Below, piece after piece: positions 1-8,329 of a stretch of 64,000 nt of DNA. Position numbers and translations under genes: made by a program. Below the pieces are notes generated by a model. It ran no database searches, was not told the origin of the DNA, and saw only the letters and a list, made by a program, of their open reading frames with translations. Each line of letters starts with the position of its first letter. The stretch's first letter is position 1. The stretch comes from Acidimicrobiia bacterium. Its GTDB lineage: Bacteria; Actinomycetota; Acidimicrobiia; IMCC26256; CAWATG01. Location of the stretch: NCBI GenBank assembly GCA_046331155.1, contig JAXLRK010000001.1, positions 1,029,335 to 1,093,334 of the forward strand, read 5' to 3'.

Positions 1-328
1 CTACGACGCGTACTACGGCCAGGCGCAACGAGTGCGGACGCTCATCATCCGCGATTTCTCGCGCGCCTACGAGCGTTTCGACGTGCTGCTGTCGCCGACG
101 TCGCCGACGACCGCGTTCGAGCTCGGCGCGAAGACCGCCGACCCCCTCGCGATGTACCTCTCCGACGTCTGCACGATCCCGACGAACCTGGCCGGTCATC
201 CCGCGGTGTCGGTGCCGTTCGGCGTCGCGGGCGACGGCCTGCCGATCGGGGTCCAGGTGCTGGCGCCCACGCTCGGGGAGCGAGTGATGTTCCGCGTGGC
301 CCGGGCGATCGAGCTGGGAGCCCAGTGA
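1..328 (+). CDS. gatA: Glu-tRNA(Gln)/Asp-tRNA(Asn) amidotransferase subunit A, C-terminal fragment (gene starts upstream of window)
   Basis: Frame is open from the window edge. Translation [19 protein letters not shown]...[16 protein letters not shown]...[18 protein letters not shown] is the conserved GatA C-terminus, and gatB follows. Confidence 0.9.
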   Translation, partial: YDAYYGQAQRVRTLIIRDFSRAYERFDVLLSPTSPTTAFELGAKTADPLAMYLSDVCTIPTNLAGHPAVSVPFGVAGDGLPIGVQVLAPTLGERVMFRVARAIELGAQ

Positions 329-426
329 GCGAGCGTGGGGAGGCGGGTATCCCGCCGAGCAGCGAGCGTGGCCTGCCGGCCCGGCGCCGCAGGCGCCAGG
401 AGGCAAGACAGGAGGCAATGGCGTGA
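325..426 (+). repeat. Intercistronic repeat element, family A copy 1, with 33-codon mini-ORF ([33 protein letters not shown])
   Basis: GTG 325-327 overlaps the gatA TGA 326-328 (GTGA). The mini-ORF TGA 424-426 overlaps the gatB GTG 423-425 (GTGA). Near-identical copies lie at 24921-25004 (+) and 59390-59479 (-). Hairpins GGCGGG-TAT-CCCGCC and GGCGCC-GCA-GGCGCC are present, and AGGAGG sits at the 3' end. Confidence 0.85.
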
Positions 427-1880
427 CTGACTGGGAGACGGTCATCGGGCTGGAGGTCCACGCCGAGCTCTCGACCGCGACGAAGTTGTTCTGCTCGTGC
501 GCGAACCAGTTCGGCGCCGAGCCGAACACCAACGTGTGCCCGGTGTGCCTCGGGTTGCCGGGCTCGCTGCCGGTACTCAACGAGCAGGTCGTCGAGTACG
601 CGCTGCGGATCGGCGAGGCGTTGCACTTCGACGTGCCGGAGGACTCGATCTTCCACCGGAAGAACTACTTCTACCCCGACATGCCGAAGGACTACCAGGT
701 CAGCCAGTACGACGCTCCGATCTGCGTCGACGGTTGGCTCGACGTCGAGGGCACGCGCATCGGCATCGAGCGCGCCCACATGGAGGAGGACACCGGCAAG
801 ACGCTGCACGTCGGCGGTGGTGGGCGGATCCACGACGCCGAGTATTCGCTCGTCGACTACAACCGGGCCGGCGTCCCGCTCATGGAGATCGTGAGCCGCC
901 CCGAGATCCGCAGCCCCGAGCAGGCCCGCGCGTACGTCGGGGAGCTCCGTTCGGTGCTCGAGGCGATCGGCGTGTCCGACGTGAAGATGGAGGAGGGTTC
1001 GCTGCGCGTCGACGCGAACGTGTCGGTGCGGCCGGCCGGCACCGAACCGCTCGGTACGCGGACCGAGATCAAGAACATGAACTCGCTGCGATCGCTCGGC
1101 CGCGCGCTCGAGTACGAGGTCGAGCGGCAGATCGGCCTGCTCGAGAACGGCGACCGGGTCGTGCAGGAGACGCGGCACTGGAACGAAGACGACGGCCGTA
1201 CCCACGGCATGCGGTCGAAGGAGGAGGCGTTCGACTACCGGTACTTCCCCGAGCCGGATCTCGTCCCGGTCGCCCCGACCGGCGAGATGAAGGAACGGGC
1301 GCGGGCCGCGATCCCCGAGCTCCCCGCGGCCAAGCGGGCGCGCCTGATCGACGAGTGGGGGATCACGGAAACCGACGCGCGGGTGCTCGTGGGGAACCCC
1401 GGGCTGGTCGCGTTCGCCGAGGTAGCGGTAGCCGAGCTGCGCGGCGGCTCGCCGAAAGAAGTCGTGAACTGGTGCACGGGCGACGTGCAGGCGTACCTGA
1501 ACGAGACCGGGCTGTCCGTCGCCGTGCTGCCGCTCGCGCCCGACGGGCTCGCGGAGCTCGTGGGCCTCGTGGCCGACGGCACGTTGTCGCGCAACCTGGC
1601 CAAGGACGTCCTCGCGGAGTGCCTGCGCCGGCCGAAGCGCCCGAAGGACGTGGTCGACGAACGTGGCCTGGCCCAGGTGAGCGACGAAGGCGAGCTCGGC
1701 GCGGTGATCGACGGAATCCTCGCGGCGAACGCGACCGAGGTCGACGAGTACCGCGCCGGCGACGACAAGGTGAAGAAGAAGAAGCGTGGATTCCTCATGG
1801 GCGAAGCGATGAAGGCCACGAGGGGGAAGGGCAACCCGCAACTGCTCAACCGGTTGCTCGACGAACGCCTGGCAACCTGA
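423..1880 (+). CDS. gatB: Asp-tRNA(Asn)/Glu-tRNA(Gln) amidotransferase subunit B
   Basis: 485 aa. N-terminus WETVIGLEVHAEL...CPVCLGLPGSLPVLN and the C-terminal YqeY-like tail are typical of GatB. GTG start is preceded by AGGAGG. Confidence 0.95.
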   Translation: MTDWETVIGLEVHAELSTATKLFCSCANQFGAEPNTNVCPVCLGLPGSLPVLNEQVVEYALRIGEALHFDVPEDSIFHRKNYFYPDMPKDYQVSQYDAPICVDGWLDVEGTRIGIERAHMEEDTGKTLHVGGGGRIHDAEYSLVDYNRAGVPLMEIVSRPEIRSPEQARAYVGELRSVLEAIGVSDVKMEEGSLRVDANVSVRPAGTEPLGTRTEIKNMNSLRSLGRALEYEVERQIGLLENGDRVVQETRHWNEDDGRTHGMRSKEEAFDYRYFPEPDLVPVAPTGEMKERARAAIPELPAAKRARLIDEWGITETDARVLVGNPGLVAFAEVAVAELRGGSPKEVVNWCTGDVQAYLNETGLSVAVLPLAPDGLAELVGLVADGTLSRNLAKDVLAECLRRPKRPKDVVDERGLAQVSDEGELGAVIDGILAANATEVDEYRAGDDKVKKKKRGFLMGEAMKATRGKGNPQLLNRLLDERLAT

Positions 1881-1900
1881 TCGCGGACGCGGGCGTCGAC

Positions 1901-2884
1901 CTACGACATCGCCTGCTGCAACAGCCCGCTCTCACCGGTCAGCGCGACCCGGTCGACCAGGCCGCCGTACCGCTCCTGGGCGGCGTCCGCGATGGTGGCG
2001 CGGGTCCCGCGGACGGCGAACGCGTCGATCATGTCTTCGGGTACCAGGCGCACCATCTCGGGCCAGCGCCCTTCCTTGGATAGCCGGTTGAGCTCCGGGT
2101 GGAGCTCTCCCCAGCCCATGACGTCGAGCACCGGCGCGTACGCAGGCGTCGAGCCGTAGAAAGCGATGCGGCTGCGGATGTCGCGCTCGGCGGCCGCGGT
2201 CTCCTCGTCGGTGTCGCCGATGACGGTCATGGTCGGGAACGCGATCTCGAACCCGTCGCGAGCCCCGCCGGCCGCGGCGTGCCCGCGTTCCAGGGCCGGC
2301 CGGATGTGCTCCCGGAGGTAGCGCTCGGTACAGAACGGGTGCACGAGGAAACCGTCGGCCACCTCGCCGGCCACCTCGGTCATGCGGGGGCCGACACCGG
2401 CGAGCCAGATGCGGGCTCGGCCGTACGGGTTGGGGCCGGGGTCGAAGAACGGGGTCATCAGCGTGTGGCGGTAGAACTCTCCTTCGAACCGCAGCGGGGT
2501 ACCGTCCTGCCAGGCATCCCAGATGGCGCGGATCGCCTGGGTCATCTCGCGCATCCGGGCCGCCGGGTGCGACCAGGGCATCGAGAACCGCCGCTCGATG
2601 TGCGGCCGGATCTGCGAGCCGAGCCCCAACACGAACCGGCCCTTCGAGAGCAGCTGCAGGTCGTAGCCGATGTTGGCCAGCGTCATCGGGTTGCGTGCGA
2701 ACGCGACCGCGATCGCGGTGGCGAGGTCGATCCGCTCGGTGTGCTCGGCCGCCAGCGCGAGCGGGAAGAAGGGGTCGTGCGGGCCCTCGAAGGTGAACAC
2801 GCCGTCGTACCCGGCGTCCTCGACCTCGCGGGCGTTGCGGGCGGCGTCGGGGAGCGCACCGAGCAGCGGGGCGTCGAACTTCAC
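1901..2884 (-). CDS. LLM-class (luciferase-like) F420-dependent oxidoreductase
   Basis: 327 aa with a GTG start. The luciferase-like TIM-barrel pattern ([27 protein letters not shown]) resembles the TIGR03617-type family; this assignment is from memory. Confidence 0.8.
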   Translation of the reverse strand: MKFDAPLLGALPDAARNAREVEDAGYDGVFTFEGPHDPFFPLALAAEHTERIDLATAIAVAFARNPMTLANIGYDLQLLSKGRFVLGLGSQIRPHIERRFSMPWSHPAARMREMTQAIRAIWDAWQDGTPLRFEGEFYRHTLMTPFFDPGPNPYGRARIWLAGVGPRMTEVAGEVADGFLVHPFCTERYLREHIRPALERGHAAAGGARDGFEIAFPTMTVIGDTDEETAAAERDIRSRIAFYGSTPAYAPVLDVMGWGELHPELNRLSKEGRWPEMVRLVPEDMIDAFAVRGTRATIADAAQERYGGLVDRVALTGESGLLQQAMS

Positions 2885-2971
2885 GGCGTCAGCCTAGGCC
2901 CCCCGAATCTCGGAATCGGCCCGCGTCCCACGACGCAAGACGTTCAGAGATCGCTGCGTAGGATGGGTGGC

Positions 2972-4648
2972 ATGTCCGAGATGAAGCCGCGCAGCCGTGA
3001 CGTGACCGACGGGATGGAGCGGGCGCCGGCCCGAGCCATGCTCCGGGCCGTCGGGATGACCGACGCCGACTGGGGCAAGCCCCAGGTGGGCGTGGCGTCG
3101 AGCTGGAACGAGGTCACGCCCTGCAACCTGCCCCTCGACCGGCTCGCCAAGCGGGCGAAGGTGGGCGTGCGCGACGCGGGCGGGTTCCCGATCGAGTTCG
3201 TGACGATCGCGGTGAGCGACGGCATCGCGATGGGCCACGAAGGGATGCGCGGCTCGCTCGTGAGCCGCGAGATCATCGCCGACTCCGTGGAGTGCGTCAT
3301 GCACTCCGAGCGGCTCGACGCGCTCGTGAGCTTCGCCGGCTGCGACAAGTCGCTGCCGGGAATGCTCATGGCCGCGGCGCGGCTCAACCTCCCGTCGGTG
3401 TTCCTCTACGGCGGGTCGATCCTGCCGGGCCACTACAAGGACCAGACGCTCGACATCGTGAGCGTGTTCGAGGCCGTCGGCGCGTGCGCGGCCGGCACGC
3501 TCAGCGAGAACGAGCTCGGCGAGATCGAGATGCGGGCGTGCCCGACCGAGGGGTCGTGCGCCGGGATGTTCACCGCGAACACCATGGCTTCGGTCAGCGA
3601 GGCGTTGGGGATGGCGCTGCCCGGGAGCGCGTCGCCGCCGGCACCGGACCGTCGCCGCGACGACTTCGCGTACGAGTCGGGCCGCGCGGTCGTGCGCCTC
3701 CTGGAGCTGGACCTCCGGCCCCGGCAGATCATGACGAAGCACGCGTTCGAGAACGCGATCGCGGTCGTGATGGCGCTCGGCGGTTCGACGAACGCGGTCC
3801 TGCACCTGCTGGCGATCGCCAACGAGGCCCACGTCGAGCTCGAGCTCGACGACTTCAACCGCATCGGGGCGCGCGTCCCGCACCTCGCCGACACGAAGCC
3901 GCACGGCAAGTACCACATGACCGACGTCGACCGCATCGGTGGCGTGCCCGTGGTCATGGCGCATCTCTTGGAGGCCGGCTTGCTGCACGGCGACGTGCTG
4001 ACGGTCACCGGCAGGACGATGGCCGAGAACCTCGCCGAGCTCGCGCCGCCCGCACCGGACGGCGACGTGCTCCACCCGTTGTCGGCGCCGATCCACGCGC
4101 AGGGAGGGTTGGCGATCCTCACCGGCTCGCTCGCGCCCAACGGCTCGGTGGTCAAGATCGCGGGTCTCGACACGACGCACTTCGAGGGCACGGCGCGAGT
4201 GTTCGACGGCGAGGACCTCGCCATGGAGGCGATCCTCGCCGAGCACATCGACCCGGGCGACGTGCTCGTCATCCGCTACGAGGGCCCGAAGGGCGGTCCC
4301 GGGATGCGCGAGATGCTCGCGGTCACCGGAGCGCTCAAGGGTGTCGGGCGAGGCGCGGACACGGCGCTGATCACCGACGGCCGATTCTCGGGTGGGACCC
4401 ACGGATTCTGCGTCGGGCACGTCGCGCCCGAGGCCGTCGACGGCGGGCCGATCGCATTCGTCGCCGACGGTGACCGCATCGTGATCGACGCGGTCGAGCA
4501 CACGATCGACCTTCTCGTCGACGACGCCGAGCTCGCTCGGCGCCGTGACGGCTGGAAGCCGCGCGAACCGCGGTACACGAGCGGCTTCCTCGCGAAGTAC
4601 GCGCGCCTCGCGCAGGGCGCGGAGCGAGGCGCGATCACCAACCTGTAG
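2972..4648 (+). CDS. ilvD: Dihydroxy-acid dehydratase
   Basis: Motifs [27 protein letters not shown] and [10 protein letters not shown]. Start taken at ATG 2972; an in-frame ATG at 2963 is also possible. The longer track ORF from 2099 is antisense to the LLM gene. Confidence 0.93.
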   Translation: MSEMKPRSRDVTDGMERAPARAMLRAVGMTDADWGKPQVGVASSWNEVTPCNLPLDRLAKRAKVGVRDAGGFPIEFVTIAVSDGIAMGHEGMRGSLVSREIIADSVECVMHSERLDALVSFAGCDKSLPGMLMAAARLNLPSVFLYGGSILPGHYKDQTLDIVSVFEAVGACAAGTLSENELGEIEMRACPTEGSCAGMFTANTMASVSEALGMALPGSASPPAPDRRRDDFAYESGRAVVRLLELDLRPRQIMTKHAFENAIAVVMALGGSTNAVLHLLAIANEAHVELELDDFNRIGARVPHLADTKPHGKYHMTDVDRIGGVPVVMAHLLEAGLLHGDVLTVTGRTMAENLAELAPPAPDGDVLHPLSAPIHAQGGLAILTGSLAPNGSVVKIAGLDTTHFEGTARVFDGEDLAMEAILAEHIDPGDVLVIRYEGPKGGPGMREMLAVTGALKGVGRGADTALITDGRFSGGTHGFCVGHVAPEAVDGGPIAFVADGDRIVIDAVEHTIDLLVDDAELARRRDGWKPREPRYTSGFLAKYARLAQGAERGAITNL

Positions 4649-4651
4649 CCC

Positions 4652-5440
4652 ATGCCGGAGATCCTCGAGGTCGAGCTGTCGAGACGGTTGCTCGAGGCGC
4701 ATGCGCTCGGACGCCGGATCACCGCGGTCGACGCTCCCGACGCGTGGTACCTGAAGCGCGGGCTCGACGCGGGCACCGTGCGCGACGCGCTCGTCGGCTC
4801 GCGGTTCGTCGCGGCACGCCGGCGCGGCAAGCTCCTGCTGCTCGACACCGATCGCGGTGGCCCGGTGCTGGGTCTGCACTTCGGGATGACGGGCCGCGTC
4901 TTCGTCGACGACCGTGCCGCGCACGACCGCCTCTACTACCTCGACCGTGAACCCGACCCCGCGTGGGACCGGTTCGTCGTGCAATTCGGTGCCCGCGGCG
5001 AGCTCCGCCTCAGCGACCCGCGCCGCCTGGGCGCGGTCGAGCTGGACCCCGACGAGGACCGCCTGGGCATCGACGCGTTCGCGCTCACGCGGGCGCAGGT
5101 CGCCGCGATCGTCCGTGCCAGTCGTGCGCCGCTCAAGGCCGTCCTCCTGGACCAGGCTCGGGTGGCCGGCCTCGGCAACCTCCTGGTGGACGAGATCCTC
5201 TGGCGGGCCGGAATCGACCCCGCCCGACCGGCCCGATCGCTCGACGACACCGAGACCGCGGCGTTGGCCCGCGCCGTGCGGGAGACGCTGCGGGTGCTCG
5301 GCCGGCGAGGCGGCAGCCACACCGGCGACCTCATGGAGCAACGGGTGCCCGGCGGCGTGTGCCCGCGTGACGGGGCGCCCCTCACCCGACGGACCGTGGG
5401 CGGGCGGACGACCTACTCCTGCCCGGTGCACCAGCGCTGA
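4652..5440 (+). CDS. Fpg/Nei-family DNA glycosylase/AP lyase
   Basis: 262 aa. The N-terminal MPEILEVE is the catalytic Pro2/Glu3 type. An H2TH region (LLDQARVAGLGNLLVDEILW) and a C-terminal zinc finger (C..C...CPVH) are present. The gene starts 3 nt after the ilvD stop. Confidence 0.85.
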   Translation: MPEILEVELSRRLLEAHALGRRITAVDAPDAWYLKRGLDAGTVRDALVGSRFVAARRRGKLLLLDTDRGGPVLGLHFGMTGRVFVDDRAAHDRLYYLDREPDPAWDRFVVQFGARGELRLSDPRRLGAVELDPDEDRLGIDAFALTRAQVAAIVRASRAPLKAVLLDQARVAGLGNLLVDEILWRAGIDPARPARSLDDTETAALARAVRETLRVLGRRGGSHTGDLMEQRVPGGVCPRDGAPLTRRTVGGRTTYSCPVHQR

Positions 5441-5460
5441 CCGTCCGCGGGCCGGCCGGT

Positions 5461-5516
5461 CCCGCGCATCCCGCGCATCCCGCGCATCCCGCGCATCCCG
5501 CTCATCCCGCTCTCAT
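5461..5516. repeat. 9-bp tandem repeat (CCCGCGCAT x4, then CCCGCTCAT, CCCGCTCTCAT)
   Basis: Read directly from the sequence. It lies in the 94-nt gap between the fpg stop (5440) and the first usable start of the next gene (GTG 5535). Confidence 0.95.
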
Positions 5517-5534
5517 GGAGGTTGTGGCTTCCTG

Positions 5535-6974
5535 GTGTGCGTGCGGAGGAAGCTCGCGGCCACGGCCGGCTCGGTCCGGCAGGTCTTCCGGGACAGCCGG
5601 CCGGCGTCGCCTGCGGTTCCGTACGTAGCCCTGGGGCTCGCCGCCGTCGTGGTCGCCACCGCCTTCGCCACGGGGGTGTTCGCCCACGAGCTCCCGCTGT
5701 CGACGGCCGGTCCCGGATCGTTCGGCTGGCCGGCGCTGCGGGCCGGGCGCTGGTGGACGGTGCTCAGCTCGTTCGCGCTCACGCGGAACTGGTTCATGGC
5801 CGTCACGATGCCGCTCGCGTTGTTCGTCGCCGTCGCGCCGTACGAGCGCCGGGCCGGGCACCGGCGGGCCTTCACCGTCGTCGCCCTCGGCCATGTCACC
5901 GGTTCGGTCGTCGTGGCGCTCGGCTCGGCCGGGCTGGGATGGAGCGGCGTCCCGTTCCTCGTGCGCGCCGCGCAGAACCTCGACTACGGCGGGTCGATGG
6001 CCGTCGCCGCGGCGTGCGGCGCGCTCGCGTCGCGCCTCGGCGACCGGCGCCTACGGTGGGCCGTGCTCGCGTTCGTCGTGCTCGGAGTACCGGTTCACCA
6101 CCAGATGGCGGACTGGGGCCATCTCGTCGCCGCGCCGGCCGGATTCCTCGCCGACCGGGTGCGGCGCCCGTCGAGCATGCGTCTCGGTGTCGTGTTCGCG
6201 GCCGTGCTCACCGCCGCGCTGACCTGGTACGGGCCGATGGCGGTGACGGCCGCGGCGGAGAGGATCCGATTCCACGAGGCGTCGGCGATCCCGATCGTGG
6301 CGTCCCCCACCGGGAGCATCGAGCAGGGCCGCCTCGAGACGATGGCCTACGAAGCGAGCGCACTCGCCCACCGCCCGGAGATCGCGCGCGTGTACGTACC
6401 ACCCCACGCCACCAGCGGTCTGCCAGTGGTCGTGTTCCTCCACGGGATCCCCGGTGCGCCCGAGGACTGGATCGCGGGCGCGGACATCGCCGACCTCCTC
6501 GACCGCGGCATCGCTGCGCACACGTTCCCGCGGGCGATCGCGGTGTTCCCGGAGTTCGACGGCTACCACGACCCCGAAGCGGGCTGGTCCAACGTGCCGG
6601 GGCAGGCGACGCTGGCGTCGGTGCGTGCCGACCTCCTGCCGCAGGTTGCCCACGACTACCGCGCGCGCGTCGCCCGCGGCTCGGTCGCGGTGGTGGGCGT
6701 GGGCCGCGGCGCCGACGGTGCACTCCTGCTCGCCAGGCAGGACGCACGAGTGGGCTACGTCGTCGCCATCCACCCGTGGGAGGCGCCGCCCGCAGCCGAG
6801 GCCCGGTTGCACGCGCTCGTCGCGGAGCGGCAGTCGGTCGCGAGGTACCGGGAGGCGGCCGCCGTGCCGTCGTCGCAGCGATGGGAGCTCTGGAGCCGGG
6901 CGCTGCCCGGCGCGCTCTCATGGCTGCAACGGCAGGGCTTCGGGGCGCAGCGCGAGGCTGGGACCGCAACATGA
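5535..6974 (+). CDS. Membrane protein: N-terminal rhomboid-like polytopic domain fused to C-terminal esterase (esterase D / putative-esterase type alpha/beta hydrolase)
   Basis: High GC3. The N-terminal half has TM segments with rhomboid-like motifs (GRWWTVLSSFAL, GGSMAV, WGHLVAAPAGF). The C-terminal half (LPVVVFLHGIPGAPEDW...AVFPEFDGYH) is paralogous to the esterase at 11711-12916. The start is uncertain: GTG 5535 is the first in-frame start codon after the fpg stop. Confidence 0.7.
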   Translation: MCVRRKLAATAGSVRQVFRDSRPASPAVPYVALGLAAVVVATAFATGVFAHELPLSTAGPGSFGWPALRAGRWWTVLSSFALTRNWFMAVTMPLALFVAVAPYERRAGHRRAFTVVALGHVTGSVVVALGSAGLGWSGVPFLVRAAQNLDYGGSMAVAAACGALASRLGDRRLRWAVLAFVVLGVPVHHQMADWGHLVAAPAGFLADRVRRPSSMRLGVVFAAVLTAALTWYGPMAVTAAAERIRFHEASAIPIVASPTGSIEQGRLETMAYEASALAHRPEIARVYVPPHATSGLPVVVFLHGIPGAPEDWIAGADIADLLDRGIAAHTFPRAIAVFPEFDGYHDPEAGWSNVPGQATLASVRADLLPQVAHDYRARVARGSVAVVGVGRGADGALLLARQDARVGYVVAIHPWEAPPAAEARLHALVAERQSVARYREAAAVPSSQRWELWSRALPGALSWLQRQGFGAQREAGTAT

Positions 6975-7669
6975 CCTCGATCGCCGCCGGCATCGACGTG
7001 CCGGTGACGTCGCGATCGCGCCCGGAGGTCCTGCTCCTCCGCATGACCGGCCTGGCGCTGTTCCTGCTGGTACCCGCCGCGGTGAGCAGCCTGGCCCTGA
7101 GCCGCCCCGGTCACCGCGTGGCGTGGCTGCTCTGCGGCTACTCGCCGGAGCGGTTGGTCCACGGTGAGGTCTGGACCCTCCCGGCGAGCGCGTTCATGCT
7201 GGCGAGGCTGGCCACCATCGGGCCCACCACCATCCTCGTCGCCGTCGTCTTCATGCCGTTCGTGCTGGTCAACGGCCTCCGCAAGGCGGTGTGGACGTTC
7301 ATCGTCGGCCACGTCGGTGCGACGCTCGCGGTCTTCGCCGTCGTCGTCCCGCTCGCGGCGCTGGGAGCCCCGTGGGCGAGGCACGTCTACCTCACCCGCG
7401 ATGTCGGCGCCTCCGCCGGCCTCATGGCCGTCGCCGGCGCGATGTGCGTGGTGCTCGCGCGCCGCGCGCCGGCGCTCGGCGTGGGGCTCGCCGTGCTGCT
7501 GTTCGGGTTCTTCGTCGTATGGGAGGTCGTCCACGGCGAGAACGCGGGTCGGGTGCTCGCCGACGTGGAGCACCTCCTCGCCTTCACGATCGGGGCCGCG
7601 CTCGAGTGGCGGGCGGCGACGCCGAGCGCCCTGCCCCCGAACCCTACGATGGCGGCGTGCGCGTCCTAG
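6971..7669 (+). CDS. Rhomboid-like polytopic membrane protein (degenerate GxSG: VGASAG; EHLLAF histidine motif)
   Basis: 232 aa. The ATG overlaps the upstream stop (ATGA at 6971-6974). There are about 6 hydrophobic segments. GEVWTLPASAFM resembles the rhomboid WR-x-x-T-x-x-F-x-H region. Confidence 0.7.
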   Translation: MTSIAAGIDVPVTSRSRPEVLLLRMTGLALFLLVPAAVSSLALSRPGHRVAWLLCGYSPERLVHGEVWTLPASAFMLARLATIGPTTILVAVVFMPFVLVNGLRKAVWTFIVGHVGATLAVFAVVVPLAALGAPWARHVYLTRDVGASAGLMAVAGAMCVVLARRAPALGVGLAVLLFGFFVVWEVVHGENAGRVLADVEHLLAFTIGAALEWRAATPSALPPNPTMAACAS

Positions 7670-8328
7670 TCGTCGAAGACGAGACGAAGATGGCGGGGCT
7701 GCTCCGCCGGGCGCTCGAGCGGGAGGGCTATGCCGTCGACGTGGCCGGCAACGGCCAGGACGGCCTCTGGCTGGGGACCGAGAACGACTACGACGCGATC
7801 GTGCTCGACGTGATGATCCCGCCGCCGGACGGCTTCGAGGTGTGTCGGCAGCTCCGCGGCGCCGGCCGGTGGGCGCCGATCGTCCTGCTGACCGCGCGCG
7901 ACAGCGTCCACGACCGGGTCACCGGCCTCGACGCCGGTGCCGACGACTACCTCCCCAAACCGTTCTCGTTCGCGGAGCTCTACGCGCGACTGCGCGCGCT
8001 GACCCGGCGCGGGAGCCGCGAGCGTCCGACGATCCTGCGGGTCGGCGACCTCGTGCTCGACCCGGCCGGCCACACGGTGACGCGCGCCGGTACGGAGATC
8101 GAGCTCAGCCCCAAGGAGTTCGCCCTTCTCGAGCTCTTCATGCGCCACCCCGGCGAGGTGGTCACGCGGACCCAGATCCTCGAGCACGTCTGGGACTTCG
8201 CGTACGACGGCACCTCGAACGTCGTCGACGTCTACGTGCGGTACCTGCGCGAGAAGATCGACCGGCCCTTCGGCCGGGAGGCGCTCCTGACGGTGCGGGG
8301 CGTCGGCTATCGCCTGCGGGGCGAGTGA
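7657..8328 (+). CDS. OmpR/PhoB-family response regulator
   Basis: VRVLVVEDE...DAIVLDVMIPPPDG...LTARD...DDYLPKPF receiver domain plus a winged-helix C-terminus (LSPKEFALLELF...VRGVGYRL). The GTG start overlaps the end of the upstream gene. Confidence 0.92.
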   Translation: MRVLVVEDETKMAGLLRRALEREGYAVDVAGNGQDGLWLGTENDYDAIVLDVMIPPPDGFEVCRQLRGAGRWAPIVLLTARDSVHDRVTGLDAGADDYLPKPFSFAELYARLRALTRRGSRERPTILRVGDLVLDPAGHTVTRAGTEIELSPKEFALLELFMRHPGEVVTRTQILEHVWDFAYDGTSNVVDVYVRYLREKIDRPFGREALLTVRGVGYRLRGE

Positions 8329-8329
8329 G

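Noticed and set aside
325-426. Family A repeats as MITEs or IS remnants
   Set aside because: No terminal inverted repeats, no target-site duplication that I could see, and no transposase in the window. The ends coincide with the stop and start codons of flanking genes.
45-1841. 598-aa ORF antisense to gatB, plus many similar long alternative-frame ORFs (for example 2894-5431 -, 8162-9844 -, 9841-12021 -, 20208-22136 +, 22146-24374 +, 52302-54314 +, 55354-57276 +)
   Set aside because: Their translations are Arg/Pro/Gly/Ala-rich low-complexity strings with no recognisable motifs. They overlap genes with strong family signatures and GC3 bias on the other frame or strand. This is the typical stop-codon-poor artefact of very GC-rich DNA.
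2099-2971. Long N-terminal extension of ilvD in the ORF track
   Set aside because: It is antisense to the well-supported LLM oxidoreductase gene. The DHAD homology begins at the [12 protein letters not shown] region.
4914-5534. Upstream extension of the rhomboid-like/esterase ORF through the 9-bp repeat (RASRAS...)
   Set aside because: The frame is open, but it overlaps fpg in another frame and has no ATG, GTG or TTG between the fpg stop and 5535.
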